Source: Candidatus Omnitrophota bacterium (GTDB taxonomy: Bacteria; Omnitrophota; Gorgyraeia; Zapsychrales; Fredricksoniimonadaceae). Taken from it: DNA of 64,000 nucleotides. This document shows positions 10,247 through 19,749 of this stretch, piece by piece (the first letter of the stretch is position 1; the number at the start of each line of letters is the position of its first letter). The position numbers and the translations under genes were made by a program. The notes under the pieces were generated by a model. The model had not been told where the DNA came from, did no database searches, and saw nothing but the letters and a program-made list of their open reading frames with translations. Where the stretch lies: positions 15,095 through 79,094 of the forward strand of contig JACQCF010000010.1 in NCBI GenBank assembly GCA_016201795.1, read 5' to 3'.

Positions 10247-10729
10247 TTAGGGTGCGGTCTGCGAATTGGTCTGGGACCCTGCTGGCTGCTGTGTTTCTTG
10301 ATGCTCTTTCTGAACTCGTCGGTGATGACGACGGCGCTGCCGGTGATCTTGATTTAAATCGCGGCGCTCCTTGTGAATTTTTCGGCGGTCGCTGCGCTTT
10401 TCCTGCCCGCCTTCTCTCTTGAGCTGGCGCAATTGTTTTTTTAACTCCTGCACCTTTGCTGTATCCCCTGCGGCTCTGGCCTGGCGGATTTGTTCGCGTA
10501 AATCCTTTTCCTGCTGACTCATCTCCTGCTTGTCGGCTTTTAAATTCCGGATGTCTGATTTTAACTGCTCGTGGTCCTGTTTAATGTCCGCCTTGAGAGG
10601 CCCCGACGGCGCATTGCCCGTCGAAGAATCCCCGCCTGCCGGCGAGGCAGGCTGAGCATATGCTAAAGATCCCGCCGCCAGCAAAAAGCCAAATGTGATG
10701 GTTGGAATGAGCCCTCTGTGTTGTTTCAT
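10247..10729 (-). CDS. Hypothetical secreted coiled-coil protein with highly basic C-terminus
   Basis: 160 aa with a signal peptide (...LLAAGSLAYAQPA), a K/E/Q-rich heptad region and an RRRHHRR tail. Confidence 0.5.
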   Translation of the reverse strand: MKQHRGLIPTITFGFLLAAGSLAYAQPASPAGGDSSTGNAPSGPLKADIKQDHEQLKSDIRNLKADKQEMSQQEKDLREQIRQARAAGDTAKVQELKKQLRQLKREGGQEKRSDRRKIHKERRDLNQDHRQRRRHHRRVQKEHQETQQPAGSQTNSQTAP

Positions 10730-10842
10730 AAAAATCTCCCCTCTCTAAATAAAGTTAAATTTTGGTTTATTATAACGCCTATTTTCCTTTTTTCAAACCT
10801 TTCCTTTTCTTCTGCAATAAACGGTTTTATGATAGAGAACAT

Positions 10843-11472
10843 ATGGAACAGCTCAAACACTTGGTGGATGTTTTTGTTCATCTGGACCATTACATCAGCA
10901 ACCTCAATGCTGCCTGCGGCACCTGGACCTACGCGATTGTCTTCGTCATTATTTTTTGCGAGACGGGGCTGGTGGTGCTGCCGTTTCTGCCCGGGGATTC
11001 TCTGCTGTTTGTGCTGGGGGCTCTGTCGGCCGTGGGGACATTGCATCTGGGATGGTTGTGGTTTTTACTGACAGCCGCCGCCGTGCTAGGCAATACGCTC
11101 AATTATTTTATCGGCACCAAAATGGCTGATATCGTTGCAAAAGCAAATCAGAAACTCATCAAACCGCAGCATCTTAAGCGCACTCATCAGTTTTTTGAAA
11201 AATACGGCGCCAAAACAATTATCCTGACGCGTTTTTTGCCTATTTTGCGCAGCGTCGCGCCATTCTTAGCCGGCGTCGGGCAAATGGATTATCGCCAATT
11301 TACCATTTATAATTTCGTCGGTGGTTTCCTGTGGGTCTCGGTAGGGCTTTGGTCTGGCTACTGGTTCGGCCGCCTGCCGTGGGTGAGGGAAAACTTTTCG
11401 CTGGTGATTGTCGCCATCGTCGTCATTTCGCTCATCCCCGCCGCTCTAGAATTTCTTAAGCGCAAAGCCTAA
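10843..11472 (+). CDS. DedA/SNARE-associated family membrane protein
   Basis: MEQLKHLVDVFVHLDHY...FCETGLVVLPFLPGDSLLFVLGAL is the canonical DedA N-terminus. Start is trimmed from the ORF-track 10762 to the ATG at 10843. Confidence 0.8.
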   Translation: MEQLKHLVDVFVHLDHYISNLNAACGTWTYAIVFVIIFCETGLVVLPFLPGDSLLFVLGALSAVGTLHLGWLWFLLTAAAVLGNTLNYFIGTKMADIVAKANQKLIKPQHLKRTHQFFEKYGAKTIILTRFLPILRSVAPFLAGVGQMDYRQFTIYNFVGGFLWVSVGLWSGYWFGRLPWVRENFSLVIVAIVVISLIPAALEFLKRKA

Positions 11473-13037
11473 AATTCATACTCCATCACCCATTTCAATT
11501 TCCCGTCAGGCGAAGCGGGGGATATACCAAAAAGATATCCAATATCATACCTGAGGTGACGACCGATTTTACCATACAAATTAGGCCCGATTTGATGACC
11601 CTGCTGTTTATACGGATTATGCAAACGCACTTCTCCAAAATCCGCATGGTATTCGAACCCCGGTTGCAGATATCTTTTCCATAAATATTTACTCGACCAG
11701 GCGACCCTGGCTTCGGTGGTTTTGGTTTTTCCATCATAAGCCCTGGTTTCTTTTTCCGTAATCAAATTGGCTGTGTGCACAAAACGGGCCATGGTCTTTT
11801 CTAAAAGGATTTTACCTTCCAGGGCATCAGGTTGGTCGTGCACAAAAGATTGTTCATATTCCAGATACAACCCCGCATCCAGCCAATACTGTCCCTGTTC
11901 GGTCAACTGATAGCGGTTTTCCCAGGCTAAATTTTTGAACTTGGGCTTAGACATTGCCCCGTCCTCGTCGGGAGATTGTTCAACTCTGCCACCGAGTTCT
12001 GTAGCCCATCGGTCCGTAACGCCATAGCCCAGTAAGTATTTTTCCTGGCGGGCATTGTTCTTACTGGCCCGGTTATCGAAGCCATACGAACCTTGTATCT
12101 CAAATTCCCGCTCGCCCTGCACCACCAGAGGGGAATACACTTTCACATCATCCGCCCGAGCTTCAGGCCAATGCCCTGCAGCCACAGACACCAAAGCCGC
12201 TGCAATGATCGTCGCTATTTTCTTGGAATGATGGGATGGTGGACGGCCATAAAACTTTAAGGCCACCGCCAGTCCTGCGATCGTTGACAGAAAAGTTAAA
12301 AGCTGTATCCCCGAGGGCCTTTCGCTGTAGCCACCCATCACATGCATGACTTTGCCCAGGATGCTGTTTTCCGAGACCAGCCAGGAAGTATCCCAAACCG
12401 TTGTCACCAGTTCAGGAACCTTGCCGGCCGCAGCCAAATATCCAAATCCGGAAGCTACCATGCCCGCGACTAAAAAAATCAGAAGCCAATTGGTGACCGT
12501 AAAAATCTTTTTCATGGGGATTTTCATCAAACCGTAATAAATGGCCATGCCCACCGATGCCCCTGCGCACATACCTAATAAAGCACCAATGGTTAATTGA
12601 TAAATCTTGCCGCCAGTCACCAGGGCGCTGTAAATAAACATGACGATCTCCGCCCCCTCACGCAGAACAGCCAATCCAACGACGGTGGCCAGGGTATACA
12701 TAGGCTCACGTTTGGATTTGACCTGTTCGCCGACATGTTTAAAATGCTGGGTTAAATGGCGGCCATGGCGGCTCATCCACAGCACGGTCCAGGCAATCAA
12801 AAAGGCAGCGGTAAAAAGAATGATGGCGTTCATGACCTCCTGGCCCATACCTTCAAAAGCCGCCGAGATGACATCCGCAAAAACGGCGATCACGCACGCG
12901 CCAGCTAAACCCGCCAACAGCCCCATCCACACCCACGGAGTCCGTTTAGGCAACCCTCGGGTCGCCGCTAACAGCACTCCCACAATAAGCGCGATCTCCA
13001 ACACTTCCCTGAATATAACAATAGCAATGGATAACAT
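11469..13037 (-). CDS. FTR1/EfeU-family high-affinity iron permease fused to a ~250-aa C-terminal beta-rich extracytoplasmic domain
   Basis: The N-terminal ~270 aa carry two RExxE motifs (REVLEIAL, REGAEIVM) in TM helices. An extra TM follows (KKIATIIAAALVSVAAG). The C-terminal domain has alternating-hydrophobic beta-strand patterns and ends ...KLKWVMEYEF. Confidence 0.75.
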   Translation of the reverse strand: MLSIAIVIFREVLEIALIVGVLLAATRGLPKRTPWVWMGLLAGLAGACVIAVFADVISAAFEGMGQEVMNAIILFTAAFLIAWTVLWMSRHGRHLTQHFKHVGEQVKSKREPMYTLATVVGLAVLREGAEIVMFIYSALVTGGKIYQLTIGALLGMCAGASVGMAIYYGLMKIPMKKIFTVTNWLLIFLVAGMVASGFGYLAAAGKVPELVTTVWDTSWLVSENSILGKVMHVMGGYSERPSGIQLLTFLSTIAGLAVALKFYGRPPSHHSKKIATIIAAALVSVAAGHWPEARADDVKVYSPLVVQGEREFEIQGSYGFDNRASKNNARQEKYLLGYGVTDRWATELGGRVEQSPDEDGAMSKPKFKNLAWENRYQLTEQGQYWLDAGLYLEYEQSFVHDQPDALEGKILLEKTMARFVHTANLITEKETRAYDGKTKTTEARVAWSSKYLWKRYLQPGFEYHADFGEVRLHNPYKQQGHQIGPNLYGKIGRHLRYDIGYLFGISPASPDGKLKWVMEYEF

Positions 13038-13044
13038 AGCGGGA

Positions 13045-13377
13045 TTACTCCACGTTTATCTGTCCCTGTGCGGTCTCTTTGTGAAAGTCCCCAAAAAATT
13101 TATAAGTACCTGCTTTTAAAGGCCCGATAAAAACAACAATCTTGCCCTTACCCGTTACAACTTTTTCACGATTAAGCTCAAAGCTTTCAAATTCTTCCGG
13201 GGTGGCGTCTTGATTTTCAATAAGGATTTTGACCTTCGTATTGGCGGGGATGGTCAACCGGGCGGGCTCAAACTTGTGATCTTTAATCACCAGCCCGTAC
13301 GGCTCTTGGCTGGCGAAAGCCAAAGCCGGAAGCCAGATAAGAATCCCTACAATGATATCAACGGTTAAACGGCGCAT
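13045..13377 (-). CDS. Periplasmic cupredoxin-like protein (FTR1-associated)
   Basis: Signal peptide MRRLTVDIIVGILIWLPALAFA followed by a cupredoxin-like beta sandwich (KFEPARLTIPANTKVKILIENQD...GTYKFFGDFH). Immediately upstream of the permease, as in ftrB-ftrC type systems. ORF track start is 13428. Confidence 0.65.
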   Translation of the reverse strand: MRRLTVDIIVGILIWLPALAFASQEPYGLVIKDHKFEPARLTIPANTKVKILIENQDATPEEFESFELNREKVVTGKGKIVVFIGPLKAGTYKFFGDFHKETAQGQINVE

Positions 13378-13472
13378 GAGTTTATTAAATACGTTATTGA
13401 ATAACTTATTTAAAGCCAATGTTAACAAAAAACTAAGTCATGTCAAGAGGATTTTATGGGGATTAAACTGCG

Positions 13473-14885
13473 TCATGGAGCAACGTGAATGACTTCTGCT
13501 TTAAGAATCTCCAAGAAGATCTCCACCACATCCGGATGGAATTGAGTGCCCCGATGGGCGACCAATTGTTCTATGGCCTGCTCTCTGGTCATGGCACAAC
13601 GATAGGGACGCGTGGAGGTCATGGCATCATAACTGTCGGCGACCGTCACAATGGCAACCAGTAAAGGAATCTGCTCTCTGCTCCAGCCGTCGGGATAGCC
13701 TTTGCCGTCGTAGCGTTCATGGTGATTGCGAACAATGGAAAGCATCTGCGGATCATTGAGAATGGGTTTTAAAATCTGCTCGCCTAAAACCGGATGCAGC
13801 TTGATGGATTCCCATTCGTTCTCATCGAGCTTGCCGGGTTTAAGCAAAATGCTGTCGCGCACGCCCACCTTACCGATATCATGCAAAAGCACAACGCGTT
13901 TAAAATAGTCGATGGTCTTAGGGTTTATGCCCATCCGTAAAGCCATTTTCTCCGCATAATAGGCCACCGCCTCAGAATGCCCCAGCGTGTAATGGTCCCT
14001 GGCTTCCAGCAGCATCACTAGAGATTTGGCGGTGTCATAAAAATAACTCAACAATTTCTGACGGGACTCGTGAAGGCCTTTGGCCATGTCGTTAAACGCT
14101 TTGGCCAACTGGGCGATTTCATCGTCACCGACCACCTGCACCTGATGATGCAAATTGCCTTCATTAATATATTTGATGCCGGTTTTGAGCTGATGAATAG
14201 GCCCTGTTACGCGACGAGAAACAATGATCCCCAGCACAATGGAAAAAAGAATGCCAGCCAAAAGAATGATCATTGATCTTTTACGGATTTCAGATTCCAT
14301 TATGTAAATATCCCTGGCATCCATATCTACCCCCAACACGGCAATGGGCTTGCCCAGACTGTCGCGGATGGGAGCGTATCCTGAGAGCGTTGTCCCCCAC
14401 TCATCTGTTTCCAGTTTGCGGTCGGCGGAAGGAGCCTCAAAGCCTTTGAGCATTTCGCTAAACCGGCTGGCGTCATAAGGCGTACCTGGCACAGAACCAG
14501 CTACGGTGGCTCTGCCTGCTACGGGGATGACGTCTAAATCAACAATAAATTTCCAGGCCTTGCCGGCATCCGTACGGGTTAAAATATAAATGTATTCAAT
14601 TTGGGGATTGGCCGCTTTGATTTTCTTAAGCTGATCGCTGATAATCGCGTAAGCCTGGGTGTTCACCCCCTGCCTGGTCAAAGGAATCTGCTGTAAATAT
14701 TCGGCATTAATCATAATCGCCGCGGTCTGGGCGATGGTTTTAAGACGGGTGCGTAAATCTTCGAATTGGGATTTGACGGTAAACTTATAAATAAGACTGT
14801 CGCTTAAAATAACAACGATAGCCATGGAGGCAATCATGGCCAGCGTTACGCGCACACCAAATAAACGCCAAGGTTTTCTTATCAT
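13473..14885 (-). CDS. Membrane sensor HD-GYP phosphodiesterase (periplasmic sensor domain, HAMP, HD-GYP)
   Basis: 470 aa with two TM segments flanking a ~180-aa periplasmic domain, then HAMP, then HD-GYP motifs (HDIGKVGV, HHERYDGKGYPDG). Confidence 0.85.
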   Translation of the reverse strand: MIRKPWRLFGVRVTLAMIASMAIVVILSDSLIYKFTVKSQFEDLRTRLKTIAQTAAIMINAEYLQQIPLTRQGVNTQAYAIISDQLKKIKAANPQIEYIYILTRTDAGKAWKFIVDLDVIPVAGRATVAGSVPGTPYDASRFSEMLKGFEAPSADRKLETDEWGTTLSGYAPIRDSLGKPIAVLGVDMDARDIYIMESEIRKRSMIILLAGILFSIVLGIIVSRRVTGPIHQLKTGIKYINEGNLHHQVQVVGDDEIAQLAKAFNDMAKGLHESRQKLLSYFYDTAKSLVMLLEARDHYTLGHSEAVAYYAEKMALRMGINPKTIDYFKRVVLLHDIGKVGVRDSILLKPGKLDENEWESIKLHPVLGEQILKPILNDPQMLSIVRNHHERYDGKGYPDGWSREQIPLLVAIVTVADSYDAMTSTRPYRCAMTREQAIEQLVAHRGTQFHPDVVEIFLEILKAEVIHVAP

Positions 14886-14990
14886 TGCATCGCCCCCTTT
14901 AGATAAAGCAGAGGCCGTAGTCTTCAGTCTTTACAGAAAGTATATCATATATTTTATCGATTGGCCGTCGATTTTATGGGGGGACAATAG

Positions 14991-15020
14991 AAAAGGCCCA
15001 GGGGTGCCCCTGGGCCTTTC
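14991..15020 (-). terminator. Rho-independent terminator downstream of cspA (bidirectional hairpin)
   Basis: GGCCCAGGGGTGCCCCTGGGCC is a perfect 10-bp stem flanked by an A-run on plus and a T-run on minus. It lies 28 nt after the cspA stop. Confidence 0.7.
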
Positions 15021-15044
15021 ATTGTTGTCATTGGCAACTTTAGT

Positions 15045-15245
15045 TTACAATTTCACAACGTTCTGAGCTTGTTCTCCTTTAGGGCCGGTGGTGATATCAA
15101 ACTCAACCGCCTGACCTTCGCTCAATGATTTGTATCCATCGCCTTGAATTGCGCTGTGATGGACAAATACATCTTTGCCATTTTCGGGAGTAATGAAGCC
15201 AAAACCTTTTTGGTCACTAAACCATTTTACTGTTCCTTTAGCCAT
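15045..15245 (-). CDS. cspA: Cold-shock protein CspA family
   Basis: 66 aa [33 protein letters not shown] with RNP1 and RNP2 motifs. Confidence 0.95.
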   Translation of the reverse strand: MAKGTVKWFSDQKGFGFITPENGKDVFVHHSAIQGDGYKSLSEGQAVEFDITTGPKGEQAQNVVKL

Positions 15246-15413
15246 TATTTACTACCTCCTTTTCCTAGAATTTCGAGTAAATAACGGCAAAACAAAAAAA
15301 CCGCAAGGCGATTTATCCTTCCACCTTACGGCTTTAAGACTCTTCTGCTTTATTTACTACAACATAAGTATAAATGATGTTTCCATTTTTGTCAAATAAA
15401 TAATTGCCTTCAT

Positions 15414-16070
15414 TTATAAAACATATTTTAGCATCATCCAAAAATGACTGAAGCTTCCGGCCATAACAAAAAGATGCCATAGTTCGTGAGAGCCGAATTG
15501 AGCAGTAAAATGGGGGCGTTTTATATTGAAGATAACCGCCCCTACGGTGTAAAAAATCCCGCCTAAAACGAGCCAAAAAAGTCCCCCGTGGGGAAACACC
15601 CTGACCAATGGAAACCAGGCTATAATCATCAGCCACCCCATAATAATATAAAAAACAAAGAATAAAATAACAGCCCACCTGGACGGTTGGCGAAAAACCA
15701 ATTTTAAAACAATGCCCGTTATAGCCAGGACCCAATTAATACCTAATAAACTCCATCCCCATCCCCCGCGCAAAACAATTAAACAGACCGGAGTATACGT
15801 TCCCGCAATCAAAAAATAAATCATCGCATGATCAAGTTGCTCCAAAGTTCTGTTGACGGAGCTTGAAACATTTAAGGAATGGTAAAGGGTGCTTACCGTC
15901 CAAAGAGCAATTAAACTTATGCCATAAATACTAAAAGATACCACATGCCACACGGTCCCCTGGGTTACCGCACGATACACTAACAGAACAGAGCCAACAA
16001 CCGATAAACAAACAGCAGTGATGCCCATTAAACTACGAATAGGATATTTTAATCTATTGAACATTTTCAT
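15414..16070 (-). CDS. Hemolysin III / PAQR family membrane protein
   Basis: 218 aa, 7 TM, with conserved His motifs (YHSLN, HELWHLFV). Confidence 0.8.
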   Translation of the reverse strand: MKMFNRLKYPIRSLMGITAVCLSVVGSVLLVYRAVTQGTVWHVVSFSIYGISLIALWTVSTLYHSLNVSSSVNRTLEQLDHAMIYFLIAGTYTPVCLIVLRGGWGWSLLGINWVLAITGIVLKLVFRQPSRWAVILFFVFYIIMGWLMIIAWFPLVRVFPHGGLFWLVLGGIFYTVGAVIFNIKRPHFTAQFGSHELWHLFVMAGSFSHFWMMLKYVL

Positions 16071-16092
16071 TACAGAGAGTTAGAGTCCAAAA

Positions 16093-16163
16093 TTGCCTCG
16101 CTAGGACTCGAACCTAGATACTGAGATCCAGAATCTCATGTCCTACCATTAGACGACAAGGCA
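16093..16163 (-). tRNA. tRNA-Gln (anticodon CUG)
   Basis: Cloverleaf read by eye: acceptor TGCCTTG/CGAGGCA, D-stem GTCT/GGAC, anticodon stem TGAGA/TCTCA with loop TTCTGGA, T-arm CTAGG-TTCGAGT-CCTAG, discriminator A. No encoded CCA. Confidence 0.8.
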
Positions 16164-16505
16164 AATTTCCTTAAAACTTTTTCTAGAGAGATTTGCCTTA
16201 GTCCCGAGCATCTGCTGCTTTATTGCTTGTGCGAGGGACAAGGCCTTTGTAGAATTCCTAATCAGCTCTTCTTTATTCTTTCTTGACCATTTTTTAATTT
16301 CCGCTTCTCTGCGCATTGCTTCAACACGTAAAGAAAACTTTTCCCAATAAACAATATTTTTTACACCAAATGTCTTAGTGTATCTAGCTCCTGTTCCCTT
16401 TTTATGCCTTAATAGCCTCTTGGATAAATCATTCGTCATGCCCGTATACAATGCGCCATTTTCACATTCCATCAAATATACATACCAATCATTATTATCC
16501 ACCAA
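16149..16505 (-). CDS. GIY-YIG nuclease family protein (small stand-alone, UPF0213-like)
   Basis: 118 aa: DWYVYLMECENGALYTGMTNDLSKRLLRHKKG...YTKTF...LVYWEKF is a GIY-YIG core. Its 3' end overlaps the first ~15 nt of tRNA-Gln. Confidence 0.8.
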   Translation of the reverse strand: MVDNNDWYVYLMECENGALYTGMTNDLSKRLLRHKKGTGARYTKTFGVKNIVYWEKFSLRVEAMRREAEIKKWSRKNKEELIRNSTKALSLAQAIKQQMLGTKANLSRKSFKEICLVV

Positions 16506-16639
16506 TCCCTCACTTCGTTCGGGATTAATTCGGCCTTATGGCTTACGTCGCTTTGCTTCCGTAAGTCATGGCCTCATTAATCAGACGACAAGGCAAGAAG
16601 TTTTTAAATGAAAAAACGATGGTGAGCAAAACCGAACCA

Positions 16640-16858
16640 TTACCACAAATTCTTCTGCATCCAGTCATCTGCCTTGCGCATTGCGCCTCGTGGTTTTTGG
16701 GCATCACCCTCGGCAAATGAATCAACCACGGCTTGACCTGCTTTACAGGTCGCTGTGCCGAGATTGTGTATATCCTTCTGTGCCCCTTTAACAGTTTCGC
16801 AACCGCTTAAAGCGCCTGCCAATAGCAGAATGCCAACACTCAAGACTATTTTATTCAT
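16640..16858 (-). CDS. Entericidin-like small lipoprotein
   Basis: MNKIVLSVGILLLAGALSGCETVKGAQKDI... has a lipobox (LSGC) and resembles the entericidin EcnA/B core (GCNTVRGAGKDI). Start is trimmed to the MNKIV ATG. Confidence 0.6.
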   Translation of the reverse strand: MNKIVLSVGILLLAGALSGCETVKGAQKDIHNLGTATCKAGQAVVDSFAEGDAQKPRGAMRKADDWMQKNLW

Positions 16859-16868
16859 GGATTTTTCC

Positions 16869-18215
16869 TCAATTAAAAGTTTTGCGCAAACGTTCAACGG
16901 TTCTGTGTTGGCCTAGAACAGCCATCGTATCGAAAAGCCCAGGTCCGACGGCACGCCCGGTCAAAGCCACCCTCACCGGATGAACCAAATCCCCTGCACT
17001 CATGCCCCATTGCCCCACCAGTCGGCGAAACGTCTCTTCAGCAGTCTTGGCGTTAAAATCACTTAAGCTGCTCAAAGCATCCGCCAAAAGGCCAAACTCT
17101 CTGGATTTATCCTGTGACAGATGTTTTTGCCTGGCTTCCTCGTCTAATTGCAGGTGATCCGCAAAAATAAAATCCGTCCATTCCAAAAAGTCCGTCAGTG
17201 TTACCATGCGACCTTTAAATAATTGTACAACATTTTCCAACCGTTGGCCATTCCCAAAGCCATTTAAAGGATATTTTTCTTTGAGCAGAGGCATGATCAA
17301 TGCGGCAAGTTTGGCCGTGTCCATTTCCTTAATATATTGACCGTTAAGCCACTTAAGCTTATCTAGTGAAAAGACGGCTCCGGCCTTATTGATTTTTTTA
17401 ATTGAAAAATTCTTGACCGCCGCGCTTAAGGTGATTTTCTCCTGATTATTGCCCGGCGACCAGCCTAACAGCATCAGGTAGTTGACCACCGCTTCGGGCA
17501 GAAAACCCCAACGACGATAGTCCGAGACCGCCACCGCCCCGGCGCGTTTGGACATGCGCGCGCGCTCATCGTCTAAAATCAAAGGCAAATGCGCGAATTT
17601 GGGAGGTTTAAACCCTAACGCTTCGTAAATGACAATTTGTTTAGGGGTATTGGAGATATGGTCTTCCCCGCGGATCACGCAGGAAATTTCCATGAGCGCA
17701 TCGTCGATGACGCAGGCAAAACTATAAGTCGGTGAGCCGTCGGATTTCATGAGAACCTGGTCTTTGATCTCTTTGGTGTCGAACTGAACTTCTCCCCGGA
17801 TAAGGTCAAACCATTTAATAATTCGTTGCGGCCCGCCATCCGATTCCTTATTCTTTACGGATGGCGAGGTCTCGCCAATCCAGCCTCGGGCGGGATTGGC
17901 GGACATCTTAAGGAGCACGGCCTCGCCGTCCTGGTAGGCCTTGCCTTGCTCTAAAAGTTTCTGCGCGTATTGACGGTAAAGGTCAAAGCGGTCGCTTTGT
18001 TTATAAAGCTCATCCCACTTGAGCCCCAGCCACTTCATGCTGTCTAAAATTTCGTCGAGAAACTCAACCCTAGAACGCGCCTTATCCGTGTCCTCGATAC
18101 GCAGAATGAATTTTCCTCCTTGCGCTTTCGCGTACATCCAATTAAACAGCGCGGTGCGCGCACCGCCTATATGCAAATACCCTGTGGGAGATGGAGCAAA
18201 ACGAACGCGGACCAT
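16869..18215 (-). CDS. gltX: Glutamyl-tRNA synthetase
   Basis: 448 aa beginning MVRVRFAPSPTGYLHIGGARTALFNW (HIGH motif); KMSKR-like motif is RMSKR. Confidence 0.93.
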   Translation of the reverse strand: MVRVRFAPSPTGYLHIGGARTALFNWMYAKAQGGKFILRIEDTDKARSRVEFLDEILDSMKWLGLKWDELYKQSDRFDLYRQYAQKLLEQGKAYQDGEAVLLKMSANPARGWIGETSPSVKNKESDGGPQRIIKWFDLIRGEVQFDTKEIKDQVLMKSDGSPTYSFACVIDDALMEISCVIRGEDHISNTPKQIVIYEALGFKPPKFAHLPLILDDERARMSKRAGAVAVSDYRRWGFLPEAVVNYLMLLGWSPGNNQEKITLSAAVKNFSIKKINKAGAVFSLDKLKWLNGQYIKEMDTAKLAALIMPLLKEKYPLNGFGNGQRLENVVQLFKGRMVTLTDFLEWTDFIFADHLQLDEEARQKHLSQDKSREFGLLADALSSLSDFNAKTAEETFRRLVGQWGMSAGDLVHPVRVALTGRAVGPGLFDTMAVLGQHRTVERLRKTFN

Positions 18216-18216
18216 A

Positions 18217-18576
18217 TTAATGATTCTTCTTGTTCTGAAGATCCATGAGTTTGGCGACTAAGCCCTGCAGGGTGGCTATTTGGGATTCACTTAATCCTTC
18301 AAAAACAATGACGACGGCGTAAAGTTTCTTCTCATTTTCTTCGCAGCGCAAAACACTGCCGAAACATTTTAAAGACATCCCTTTAAAAAAATCGATTTTT
18401 ACCTCGGCCTTGGCTCCCACCGTCAGTCTTTGATTCAAATACACCAGAAAACCGCCGGCGCCTATGTTAACCGTATCGGCCAATATAGTCTCAAAATTAT
18501 TCTCCTGCCATATGGTTAAAGAACAGGGATAGTTAGCTCTGGGGAATTTACGCTTGTTTTGATCAACCATAATCAA
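18217..18576 (-). CDS. PilZ domain protein (c-di-GMP receptor)
   Basis: 119 aa with RKFPRANYPCSLTI...DTVNIGAGGFLVY, i.e. the RxxxR and DxSxxG PilZ motifs. Confidence 0.75.
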   Translation of the reverse strand: MIMVDQNKRKFPRANYPCSLTIWQENNFETILADTVNIGAGGFLVYLNQRLTVGAKAEVKIDFFKGMSLKCFGSVLRCEENEKKLYAVVIVFEGLSESQIATLQGLVAKLMDLQNKKNH

Positions 18577-19019
18577 TAAATCGCCCTGAGAACCTCAGCG
18601 CCGTTTTTAACAACTCTATTGATGGTTTCTTGAAGGTGCTCCTTGTGTTGACCAGCCAAATTCACAAATTCAATGCCCGTATCATAAAACATCGGTTTCA
18701 AGGCCTCTATGGATGTTCGCCGCACGACCCAAACCACTTTACCCCTCGTGCTGATATGATCGAACGCATCCAATAGATCAATCTCCACTTCCACGTCGGT
18801 AAAAATCTTGATCTCCTTCTTAATAATGACGCACACGCCCCCGAGGCCGATATTCTCCGTATGCGTCAAAAGATTTTCTGTCTTTTGGCCCGGGCAGGAA
18901 ATTTTAATCAAACACGGATAAATCACACGGGGGAATTGACGACGATTCAGGCCTTCCCAAGTCATAAGCTTATCCTTGTTGAAGACGGACGATGCTCCTG
19001 GCCCGCCCGGTTTGTTCAT
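18573..19019 (-). CDS. PilZ domain protein (second, tandem)
   Basis: RRQFPRVIYPCLIKI...HTENIGLGGVCV. The start is uncertain; the alternative ATG at 18965 would avoid overlapping ymdB. Confidence 0.7.
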   Translation of the reverse strand: MNKPGGPGASSVFNKDKLMTWEGLNRRQFPRVIYPCLIKISCPGQKTENLLTHTENIGLGGVCVIIKKEIKIFTDVEVEIDLLDAFDHISTRGKVVWVVRRTSIEALKPMFYDTGIEFVNLAGQHKEHLQETINRVVKNGAEVLRAIY

Positions 19020-19749
19020 CGACGGTAATCACCGCCGCGCATAATGTCGCGTCGCCTTGCGCCACTTCGAATTTCTGAGGAAGGCTGGTTAAAAAACGCA
19101 TCAAAATTTTCTCTTTATTCTGGCCGATGACCGAGTCGTAGGGCCCGCTCATTCCCAAATCGCTGATATAAGCAGTGCCGTTGGATAAAACCCTCTCGTC
19201 GGCAGTTTGAATATGGGTGTGTGTACCTACCACCGCGGAAAGCCTGCCGTTGGCGTAATGGCCCATGGCTATTTTCTCACTGGTCGTTTCCGCGTGCATA
19301 TCCAATATCACCACCGGCGTTACAGAAGAAATCTGGGCTAAAGCCTGATCCAGCGTGCGAAACGGACAATTGACATTATAACGCATAAAAGTACGGCCCA
19401 AAAGATTTATTACGCCTACTTTGACGCCGTTGGCAGCTTTGACGACACTCCAGCCGCGGCCAGGAGCCCCGTCGGGGAAATTGGCCGGACGCACCATGCA
19501 AGGATGTTGATCCAGGTAAGGGTGTATCTCCCCTTTATCCCAGACATGGTCCCCTAAGGTAATCACATCCACGCCAGATGCAAAAATTTCATCCGCCTGC
19601 TTAGGAGAAATACCGCTGCCGCCAGCCGCGTTTTCGCCGTTGGCAATCGTAAAATCAATAGCGTGTTCTTTTTTAATCGATGGTAAAACTTTGGCCAAAA
19701 TTGCGCGGCCCGGCCGTCCGACGATGTCTCCGATGCATAAGATGTTCAT
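18970..19749 (-). CDS. ymdB: YmdB-family metallophosphoesterase (2',3'-cyclic-nucleotide phosphodiesterase)
   Basis: 259 aa [15 protein letters not shown]...GENAAGG...GDHVWDK. Sits immediately downstream of rny, the conserved rny-ymdB pair. Confidence 0.88.
   Translation of the reverse strand: MNILCIGDIVGRPGRAILAKVLPSIKKEHAIDFTIANGENAAGGSGISPKQADEIFASGVDVITLGDHVWDKGEIHPYLDQHPCMVRPANFPDGAPGRGWSVVKAANGVKVGVINLLGRTFMRYNVNCPFRTLDQALAQISSVTPVVILDMHAETTSEKIAMGHYANGRLSAVVGTHTHIQTADERVLSNGTAYISDLGMSGPYDSVIGQNKEKILMRFLTSLPQKFEVAQGDATLCAAVITVDEQTGRARSIVRLQQG

Noticed and set aside
9572-10729. Novel two-gene system (TM protein plus secreted basic coiled-coil protein)
   Set aside because: There are no recognisable domains or repeats. 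It cannot be distinguished from ordinary lineage-specific hypothetical proteins using sequence alone.
16510-16598. Possible second tRNA adjacent to the GIY-YIG gene
   Set aside because: Only the first ~15 nt match tRNA-Gln. No D, anticodon or T arms can be formed, so it is a 5' fragment or direct repeat, not a tRNA.
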